From assembly GCF_964355755.1 (NCBI RefSeq), contig NC_092670.1:23174795-23238794 (forward strand): DNA of 64,000 nucleotides, in the 5' to 3' direction. Shown here piece after piece: positions 26,601 through 36,900 of this stretch (position 1 is its first letter; every line of letters starts with the position of its first letter). The stretch comes from Antedon mediterranea (lineage: Eukaryota > Animalia > Echinodermata). The position numbers and the translations under genes are program-made. The notes beneath the pieces were generated by a model that had not been told where the DNA came from, searched no databases, and saw only the letters and a list, made by a program, of their open reading frames with translations.

Positions 26601-29600
26601 ACTCATCTACTTCCAGAATCTGAAATTTTAAAAATGTTCACCACGGAGTTTAGAATCTATGACTTTTTAAATAAAGGCATAATTTTCACGAATTTTTGAA
26701 CTTTTTCATCAAAAACACGCGCAAATGTTTCAATTCTACGTGCTCGTATGACGTGATTTTAAGTCCAAATTGTTTGAAAGTTGGTCAATTTACTAGAAAA
26801 GGCTGGAAAATCAAAAATCAAACAAAAAAAAGATGTTTTTGCGCTACGTGCGCACGCGCGCGTAAAAAAATTGCGCATGCCTGGGAATTTTTGAAATGCT
26901 CAAAATGACATGAAACGCGTAGAAAGTTGATTAGAAGTTGATTTTTTGCATTTTGAAATTTTAAACGCGCGTGCGCGCGTAACTTTTTGTACAACCTGCC
27001 ATTTTTAATCCATAGAAAGTTTGCGCTTGATATAACTTAAATGTTCACCAAGTTTCAATACAAAATGACTTTTGGTATTTTATCTATGATCAATCATTGA
27101 AATTCATAAAACCGCGCGTAACTTACGCTGCGCAACTCAAAATTCATAAAAAAAAGTTTCTTGCACATCTACAGCTACAGGGCAATCTTATGACAAAGTT
27201 ATACAATCTTATGTTGGCCAGAATTAGAGATACGCTGCGTACAAAATTCGTGGAAAGAAAGAAGAATAAAGAAAAAAAAAAAAAAAAAAAAAAAAGATCC
27301 TGACAATAACAAGAGGTTATCCGCCAAGTGCGGATAACCAACTAGACTTGAACTCGTCACTTCGGACGAGTTAGGTTATCCGCAGCGCAAAGGCCACGCG
27401 CACGCCACACGTCAGAATATTGCGCACAGAAAAACGATTATGCCATTGAAAAAAAATTTAGTGCGCTCTCTATTTTGCGTCACGTATAAGTATATACGGT
27501 ATACGCTATATACTGTATAGGTACTACATACAGTGCAGAATAGGTGAAAATATGTGACCAAAGTTACTGACGCTTTTGCACATGATGACGTCATAGAAAT
27601 TTCAAAAAATGTGAATCATGCGAAAGATAATTGATTGACCTAGACAATATAAAAAAATTGAGGGAAATGGAATACGGATAAGTGGAGATGCGCTTTATTA
27701 AATGTGACGAGCTATGACGAAAGAGAAAAAAATCCTATATTTTATATTCGAGTGGCCATACGATGACGTCATAATGTTCGGTTAGCCATATTCATGGATG
27801 ATTTGATATCTACAACTCATCTACTTCCAGAATCTGTAATTTAAAAAAAGTTCACCACGTAGTTTATAATCTATGACTTTTTTAAAAAAGGCATAATTTT
27901 CACGAATTTTTGAACTTTTTCATCAAAAACGCGCGCAAATTTTTCAATTCTACGTGCTCGTATGACGTGATTTTAAGTCGAAATTGTTTGGAAGTTAGTA
28001 AATCTACTAAAAAAAGACAGGAAAAACAAAAATCAAGCCAAAAAATGATGTTTTTGCGCTACGTGCGCACGCACGCGTAAAAAAATTGCGCACGCGTGGG
28101 AATTTTTGAAACGCTCAAAATGACATGAAACGCGTAGAAAGTTGATTAGAAATTGATTTTTTGCATTTTGAAATTTTAAATGCGCGTGCGCGCGTAACTT
28201 TCTGCGCAACCTGCCATTTTTAATCCATAGAAAGTTTCCGATTAATATGACTTAAATGTTCACCAAGTTTCAATACAAAATGACTTTTGGTTTTTAATCT
28301 ATGATCAATCATTGAAATTCATAAAACCGCGCGTAACTTACGCTGCGCAACTCAAAATTCATAAAAAAAAGTTTCTTGCACATCTACAGCTACAGGGCAA
28401 TCTTATGACAAAGTTATACAATCTTATGTTGGCCAGAATTAGAGATACGCTGCGTACAAAATTCGTGGAAAGAAAGAAGAATAAAGAAAAAAAAAAAAAA
28501 AAAAAAAAAAGATCCTGACAATAACAAGAGGTTATCCGCCAAGTGCGGATAACCAACTAGATTTGAACTCGTCACTACGGACGAGTTAGGTTATCCGCAT
28601 CGCAAAACCCACGCGCATGACACCTAAGTTAGAATATTGCGCGAAGAAAAACGATTATGCCATTGAAAAAATGTTAGTGAGCCCTCTATTTTGTGTCACG
28701 TCTAAGTGTGTACGGTATACACTATATACTGTATACGTACTACATACAGTGCAGAATAGGTGAAAATAAGTGACCAAAGTTATTGACGCATTTGAACATG
28801 ATGACGTCATCACAATTTTAAAAATGGTGAATCATGCGAAAGATAATTGATTGATCTAGACAATATAAAAAAATTGAGTGAAATGGAATACGGATAAGTG
28901 GAGATGCGCTCTATTAAATTTGACGAGCTATGACGAAAGAGAAAAAATCCTATATTTTATATTCGGGTGGCCATACGATGATGTCACAATGTCCGGTTAG
29001 CCATATCAATGCATGATTCGAGAAAAACAACTCATCTACTTCCAGAATATGTAATTTTAAAAAAGTTCACCACGTAGTTTAGAATTTATGACTGTTTAAA
29101 AAAAGGTCTAATTTTGACGATTTTTTGAAGTTTTTCATCAAAAACACGCGCAAATTATCCAATTCTACGTGCTCGTGTGACGTGATTTTAAGTCGAAATT
29201 GATTGAAAGTTGGTAAAATTACTAAAGAAGGCTGAAAAAACAAAAATCTAGCAAAAAAAAGATGTTTTTGCGCTACGTGCGCACGCGCGCGTAAAAATAT
29301 TGCGCACGCGTGGGAATTTTTGAAATGCTCAAAATGACATGAAACGCGTAGAAAGTTGATTAGAAATGAATTTTGCGCATTTTGAAATTTTAAACGCGCG
29401 TGCGCGCGTTACTTTATTAGAAACATGCCATTTTTAATCCATAGAAAGTTTGCGCATGATATAACTTAAATTTTCACCAAGTTTCAATATAAAATGACTT
29501 TTGGTTTTTAATTTATGATCAATCATTGAAATTCATAAAATCGCGCGTAACTTACGCTGCGCGACTCGAAATTCATAAAAAAAAGTTTCTTGCACATCTA

Positions 29601-31063
29601 CAGCAACAGGGCAATCTTATGACAAAGTTATAGAATCTGATGTTAGCTAGAATTAGAGATACGCTGCGAACAAAAATCGTGGAAAGAAAGAAGAATATAG
29701 AAAAAAAAAAAAAAAAAAAAGAAAAAAAAGATCCTGACAATAACAAGGGGTTATCCGCCAAGTGCGGATAACCAACTAGATTTGAACTCGTCACTACGGA
29801 CGAGTTAGGTTATCCGCAGAGCAAAAGCCACGTGCACGTCATACGTTAGAATATTGCGCAGAGAAAAACATTATGCCATTGAAAAAATGTTAGTGCGCTC
29901 TCTATTTTACGTCACGTCTAAGTATACACAGTATACACTATATATTGTATACGTACTACATACAGTGAAGAATATGTGAAAATAAGTGGCCCAAGTTATT
30001 GACGCTTTTGGACATGATGACGTCATCATAATTTTAAAAACGGTATATCATGCGAAAGATAATTGATTGGCATAGACAATATACAAAAATGGGTGGAAAT
30101 GGAATTGGGATAAGTGGAGATGCGCTCTATTAAATGTGATGAGCTATGACGAAAGAGACAAAAATCCTATATTTTATATTTGAGTGGCCATACGATGACG
30201 TCACTATGTCCTGTTAGCCATATCGATGCATGATTCGATATCTAAAACTAATCAACTTCCAGAATATGTAATTTTAAAAAAGTTCACCACGTAGTTTACA
30301 ATCTATGACTGTTTTAAAAAAGGCATAATTTTGACGAATTTTTGACCTTTTTCATCAAAAACGCGCGCAAATTGTTCAATTCTACGTGCTCGTATGACGT
30401 GATTTTAATTCAAAATTGATTGAAAATTGGTAAATTTACTAGAAAAGGCTGAAAAAACAAAAATCAAGCAAAAAAAAGATGTTTTTGCGCTAAGTGCGCA
30501 CGCGCGCGTAAAAAAACTGCGCATGCGTGGGAATTTTTGAAATGTTCAAAATGACCTGAAACGCGTAGAAAGTTGATTAGAAATTGATTTTACGCATTTT
30601 GAAATTTTAAACGCGCGTGCGCGCGTAACTTTCTGTCCAACATGCAATTTTTAATCCATAGAAAGTTTGCGCTTGATATGACTTAAGTTTTCACCAAGTT
30701 TCAATACAAAATGACTTTTGGTTTTTATTCTATGATCAATCATTGAAATTCATAAAATCGCGCGTAACTTACGCTGCGCAACACGGACGTGACCGAAAAC
30801 CTTATTACGACATCTTCAAATAGAGGTTAATCTTCTGATAAAGTTATAAAATGTTATGTTAAGAAGATTTAGAGATACACTAGCAACAAAATTTGTGGAA
30901 AGAAAGAAGAAAATAGAAAAAAAAGAAAAATAAAAAAAAAAAAAAAAAAGATCCTGACAATAACAAGGGGTTATCCGCCAAGTGCGGATAACCAAAAAAA
31001 ATAAAAAAAAAAAAAAAAAGATCCTGACAATAACAAGGGGTTATCCGCCAAGTGCGGATAACC
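7481..31063 (-). mobile_element. Cluster of 19 co-oriented non-autonomous Helentron-type (HINE/DINE-like) elements, family A, ~1.2 kb each
   Basis: Unit heads (CTAGA[T/C]TTG-AACTCGTC-loop-GACGAGTT-AGGTTATCCGC) start at 7481, 8691, 9913, 11059, 12363, 13955, 15110, 16262, 17496, 18771, 19990, 21135, 22487, 23819, 24976, 26129, 27342, 28557 and 29776. Tails are an A-tract plus GATCCTGACAATAACAAGRGGTTATCCGCCAAGWGCGGATAACC. On the minus strand this gives a 5' subTIR plus inverted repeat, then a 3' subTIR, stem-loop and CTAG, flanked by TT with no TSD. Confidence 0.9.
12363..13939 (-). mobile_element. Long (1.58 kb) variant unit with a duplicated internal ~370 bp block
   Basis: Same termini as family A, with hairpin variant GAACTCGTC-acttt-GACGAGTTC. 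The block CATGATGAC..GATAATT..GAGATGCGCT..TGGCCATA..ATCTACAA..CTTCCAG occurs twice (~12615-12870 and ~12975-13225). Confidence 0.8.
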
Positions 31064-31065
31064 AA

Positions 31066-32699
31066 CTAGAATTTAATTCGTCACTTTGACGAATTATAGG
31101 TGATCATTTTTATCGCTTTACTGACATTAATATTTTTTAAACATGCACGTACGTTAACATACAATAGGAAAACGTGGATGTATACCATCCTGATATACGC
31201 TTATAGTGCTGAGTTGTGCCTATTATGTGTCATATACAATATGTACAGTATATACTGTATATCTATATACAGTGTAGCATAGGTGAAATTACGGGACCCA
31301 CATCATGTTCAAATTTTTTGGTATGATGGAATTATCAAAATAAACTCGAAGATGACAATTTCGAAAGATAATGAATTGAGCAAATAAATATAAGGATTGG
31401 AAGATAATTTTACACGTAGAAGCGCAATGCGCGCTCTTTGAAATTTGTATAACTTTGACTAAAGAAATTTAAAAACAACGTTTTAACTTCAACTGGCCAT
31501 ATGATAACATCACAACATCCGATAGGCTTAATTTTTATATGAATTCATATCTACATTTATTCAGCTTTCATAATAAATTATAATCTTCAAGGTCACCTTT
31601 AATTCTGAAGAGCTATAACATATTCAAATGTATGGTGTAGCTGAAATTACACAACCTTGGTTATTAAAGTTTTTACACATGATGACATCATCAAAATAAA
31701 AATGTTGACAACTCTTGAGAAAGATAATTAATTGAGTAAGCACATACTAAAATTTCGGCGAAAATCGGGCTCAAATAACGGAGATGCGCTCTATTGAATG
31801 TGATAACCCACACAAAAAGATAAAAATTACTAATTTTTAAATTGAAGTGGCCATTTGATGACGTCATACCATTTTGTACGTCTAATGTGTACATGAATAT
31901 GTATCTACAACCCAATGGCTTCCCGAACAAGTTAAAAAAATTGGGGGTCACCTGCCATTCTGAAGAGTTATATTCATTTTAAAAAGGCCTTATTTTTCAC
32001 CATTTTCAGCACTTTGATGCAATTATTTTGCGCATTTTGTTATTTTTAACCTGCTCGTATAGCGTTATTTTAAGTCGGAACTTACTCAAATTTGGTGAAT
32101 GTACTAAGGATGGTGAGTAGAACGCGATTTGTATAAAAAAATTGCAATTTTTACGCTTTGTAAGTATCGCGCGCGCAAAATATTTTTTTTGCGCAGTAAT
32201 TTTTTGAAACACGCAAATGGCCTAATTCATGCTCTAAATTGATTAAAACGTAATTTTGAGCTTTTTAAATTTTTACTGCGCGATTCCACACGCATGACCC
32301 TACGTGCGCGCGCGTTTTTACTTGCTAATATTTTTACCCTTGACCTGAAGTTTACGTGTAGTGAATTTCATAAATATGTGATAATGAATTATGGATATAT
32401 GATTGATAATGTGATTTCACAAAATGGCGTATACGTGACGTCACGGATGAGTGATCACGCTGAAAAGCTTATTATGGCTAAGTTAACGTATTTGAAAGAC
32501 ATTGTGAATTTTTTGTGATCATTGCTATTCAACTTTTTGAGATATTTGACGAACAAAAAGTGTACAGAAAGAAGAATAATAATAAAGATTTTATACAATA
32601 ACAATAGGTGATCATTTTATTCTAAATGATCACCTAATAATAACAATAAAGATTTTGTACAATAACAATAGGTGATCATTTTATTCTAAATGATCACCT
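31066..32699 (-). mobile_element. Divergent non-autonomous Helentron-type element (family B) with an extra terminal module
   Basis: Head is CTAGAATTT-AATTCGTC-acttt-GACGAATT-A-TAGGTGATCATTT. The tail TAGGTGATCATTT-tattct-AAATGATCACCTA is present twice (ending 32635 and 32699). Internal blocks are distantly similar to family A. Confidence 0.85.
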
Positions 32700-33689
32700 A
32701 ATTATGAAATCGTGTAGCATTTGCGTTTTATTGCCTCTCGAAAGTGATACCGTGTGGAGGTGAATAAAACAAATGCAAAATCACACGCAGGGCTACATTA
32801 TATTAAAACATTACCACGACTAAAATTTATTGGAGTGTATCAATGGGGAATAGAAAGCTATCTACCGTAAACAATTATAGTACAGTAATTCCATTATGAG
32901 AATAAATGTGCTCTCTCCAGGCCGCCATTGTTAGTAAGTTGAATGATCAAACATACTGTACAGTATTAGAACAAAGCAATTTAACAACGGGACAGTTTGC
33001 CTTGCCAAGATAACAACTCGTAACAGTCTTTGATATTATGTCTGGCTGCAACATGTACCAACAGTACTGTACTTTGTACATATTCTCCGCGGCGCGATGT
33101 GCCTTTAGGAGCATGGAACTGATTTTGTCGCAGCCATAGATAAACACTTTGTTCTCCGGAGCTCAGCATCCTGTCAGATTGCCTTGATTAATTTTTAACG
33201 AGAGCAATAATGATCAAAAGACCACCCATTGTCTGAACAGTGACATATGCAATAATCTACTTTAATTATCGTGCAAAATAAATGTCTGCTGCTACGCGAG
33301 TCGAATACATCACTTAAGACTTGCCACATGTTTTTATATATTGTTTCTTTTTACGTAGTGCTGCCATTACTCAAGTTACAGATAGTAATTAGTAAAGATA
33401 AATATTTTGGCACATATGGCGTTTCATACGTATATTTTTCAAAACGCACGCCTTCTTGGTGGGCTAACAAAATGGCTAAAAGACAATTACTACAAAGACA
33501 ATAACTACAGACCTGGGACAAGTCTAGGTTACCATTAATAATAAATAAAACCACAACTGTAATATTTAATTCTTTATTTCTAAAATTCTATTATTGTTTC
33601 CATTCTGTTATTGTTATTATTGATACTGCCATTTGTCAAGATTTGTGTTCCATGGTGGCACATCACTAAGTACCTTATTTTGATGAAGA

Positions 33690-33960
33690 GGATGACTTGA
33701 AGATGTTAAAGTAGTCATCATCACTAATTGCCAACATCAACTTTCTGGTAGTTTAGTCGTTCCTGGTGAAAGTGCCACTAGAGATTCTGCTGGAGATGAT
33801 GACTTGAAGATGTTGAAGTAAAGGAAGATGGATGCTAGATTTATAATAATTATATCATCACTAATTTGGCCAACATCAACTTTCTGGTAGTTTAGTCATT
33901 CCTGGTGAAAGTGCCACCAGAGATTCTGCTGGAGATGATGACTTGAAGATGTTGAAGTAG
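33690..33960. repeat. Local tandem duplication of the ECSIT stop-codon region
   Basis: ~33715-33820 nearly repeats ~33855-33960 (CATCACTAATT..CAACTTTCTGGTAG..GATGACTTGAAGATGTTGAAGTA). A third partial copy lies at ~33690-33714. Confidence 0.85.
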
Positions 33961-36900
33961 ATGGGGATCTTGCCAAGATTTGGATTGTCTTCTTGAAGGT
34001 TCTTAACCCAGGTTAGCATGGTGTCCTGAGCATCATCTTCACTATTGGTTGAGCACATTGCAAAGAGCGGGCCTTCTTGTGGCGATTCAGGTGGAGCATC
34101 TGATAAAAAATAATATCATTTTACTCATAAAAATATGAATTTCCCATTCCCTACATTTTTTAGATCTTATTTAAGGTCACAAACTACATTTAATGTAAAC
34201 ATAAATACTATATGGTCCTATTGCAATAGCTTTTTGGATATTTAAATGGTTAAAAATATAAAAAATAAGTCGATTCTAATAATTTTGATCGATCTTGAGG
34301 CCAAAACAAATGAAAGATTGTAACTTTTCAGCAAAAAAAATGGGTTTTCCTAAAATTCTGGCTAAAACAGAAAGTTAATGAATGCAGCAACTAGAAAACA
34401 TCAGTTTACAATGTTCGTATGTTAATGCTACTAGACCAGGGAGATGTAAAATAAATTATATTAGGCCAATTAAAAAAACATACTTGTTAAGCGTCACCGC
34501 CCGCTCCTGATTATCCAGCCGCCTCTCTTTTTATTTTTATTTTTTTTTTTACCGATATACAACGGAAAGTTCAGCGGCCCGGCCCAGCTCCAGAGTAGGG
34601 CTCGAAATTCACGCTAGCAAACTAGCATTTTGCTAGTAGATTCTTCATAATTGCTATTTGAAAATTTCAAAACTAGCAAATGTTTGTTAGGCTAGTGTAA
34701 TTTTTGAAAAATACGTACTTTTTAGCTTAGACAACGCTAGCCGCCGATCGCTCTATGTCGACAACGTCAATTTGGTGAAAACAATTGTTTCATTTACACG
34801 CCGCCGATTTACGTCAAGGAAACGCGAATAGCACCGTGAATCATGTAATGTGGTAAACAGCAAGCTTTTTCCCCAACACATAAAATCATGTCCATTTAGT
34901 ACGTCGCTGAGGATTACATCATCAGTCACGTGATTACAGAATACGCGATTATCAATTTAGGGATTTAACGAAATAAATATTTTGCCTACACAGTGGTCGA
35001 AGCGCGTTTTTTTTATAGGTTCGTAAATAGGAAACACCCCATACATAATGGACTCTACCAATTTTGTTTACGATGATCTCGCGCTCGAGATCGGCACACC
35101 ACGAGGTCCTGTTGGGCGATAGGGAATTTCCTGGATAGATGAGTCGAGCGAGAGACGGCGGATGGCCGATGAGTGAGGTGGGGGTAGCAGCTTGGACGGA
35201 TTAGTTAGCCTAGGGCCTACAATTTCGCTTGGTGGCAATTAAATTTAATGTTTTAATTACGTCTGGATATAAACAATACAAAACTCAATTTTGTCATAAG
35301 CAATAATATTTCATACATAGTCAATTTTGTTCTGTTTCGCATTTTAAAAGTTTGACGTTTCGTCCTAAAAAAAGTGGGGAAAAATGTCCACCGCGCAAAA
35401 ATATACCTCTATAAAAAGTAAAAAAAAAACAAACAAAAAACCGTCCCCCCGCCCCTGAAAATTTATGAGGGTGTGACGCTTAACAAGTATATTTTTTTAT
35501 TTGGCCTTATTATAAATTATTTTACATCTCCCTGGCTAGACCTACAAAACTAAGCCTACCTAGGCTAGGCCTAAAGACCGTCCATGAGAGGACATTCACC
35601 ACGAGCTACTTAGGTAGTGCATTGCTTATTTCTTTTTATCACAATTGACCATAAAAGATACACTTAGGACAAGGAATGGCCTGGTTCAATGTTTTTAAAG
35701 TAATATATATGCATTATTTTTACAAAACATCACAAGTTGTAGGGAATGGGTCTTTAAAAAAAAGTTCTGCCTCATAAATCATTGGACACCGTACCACCTA
35801 TTATATAAACATACCTTTAGGTTTCTCAACCTCAAGTGGGTATGGATTCTTGACTTCTTGTGGGATTCGTACATCATCAAGACTTAGAGGGTGACCTCGT
35901 AAAATGAAGTATGACATCTTCTTATCACGTAACCACAGATTAAAGGGACCTTCAACGTAGACAGGTCGATATCTGGGGTAATCATGCAACATGTCTTGCT
36001 GTTCACCACTTTGAACTGTTGCGATGAATTCTGGTGAATCCTCAGCTAATACAAAGTCACTATCGTCTTTTCTATCCAACTTTTAAAATAAACAATATCA
36101 CATAAATTATATATTTAAAGATGCATTGTCCTCCAAAAACATAAAAAATGAAGGTTAATAAAAAAAGTTTAATAAAGTTAATCCTTTTCGTAGAAAAAAA
36201 AAATTAAACAAGTCTGTGACTTTATAAAAAGACAAATAAATCCCTGTTAAATTCAGCAAAAAACCCATTGACTTCCAGTCAATTAAATAATTGTTTGCTT
36301 TAAATTATTGTACATCTTTTTAGCTACATTTTTTAGAGCCAATTTTTAGTCAAAGTGAATAACTATTATGTGACATTAAAATTGCCTATTCAACATAAAA
36401 AAAAGTACCAAATTGTTTTTCATGGGACAATACATCTTATTATTATTATATTATCTTATCTTATTAGTATTATTATATCTTTGAATATTCATAAATAAGT
36501 TTAATAACATAAATTAGAGACACTTGTTCATAAGTTATTGGTTATAAAAAATCGAAAGCTCCTAAATATTATACTTACATATTGAACTTTGAACTCTGCT
36601 TCATAATCTGATATTCTCTTAAGACCCAATCGAGCTACTTCTACCGGATCACTAGGAATATCCCTAGGAAGTGGGAACGGGTTGATGTTTTTGAATCGTG
36701 GGAACCAGTACATAAGTCTTCTGTATTTCTTAATAGCGCCCCCTGTCCTTCCAAATGTAGCGATTAATATTTCTTTTGTCATTTGGTTTGGCATCACACC
36801 TGTATTCAAGAAAACGATGTAAAGAATTATATAAAATATTATGTTAATAGACAATTTGAATTAATTTATACCGAGATATTAAATGCAAGTTATCCACTTT

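Noticed and set aside
7435-31100. CRISPR-like or integron-like array (conserved palindromic repeats at regular spacing)
   Set aside because: The intervening 1.2-kb segments are homologous to each other rather than unique spacers or gene cassettes, the context is eukaryotic, and the termini fit Helentron structure.
6129-32518. Many short ORFs in the array (e.g. MVIRTWRIT..FFFFF)
   Set aside because: They are translations of poly(T) tracts and terminal modules, often with non-ATG starts, and their frames are not conserved across units.
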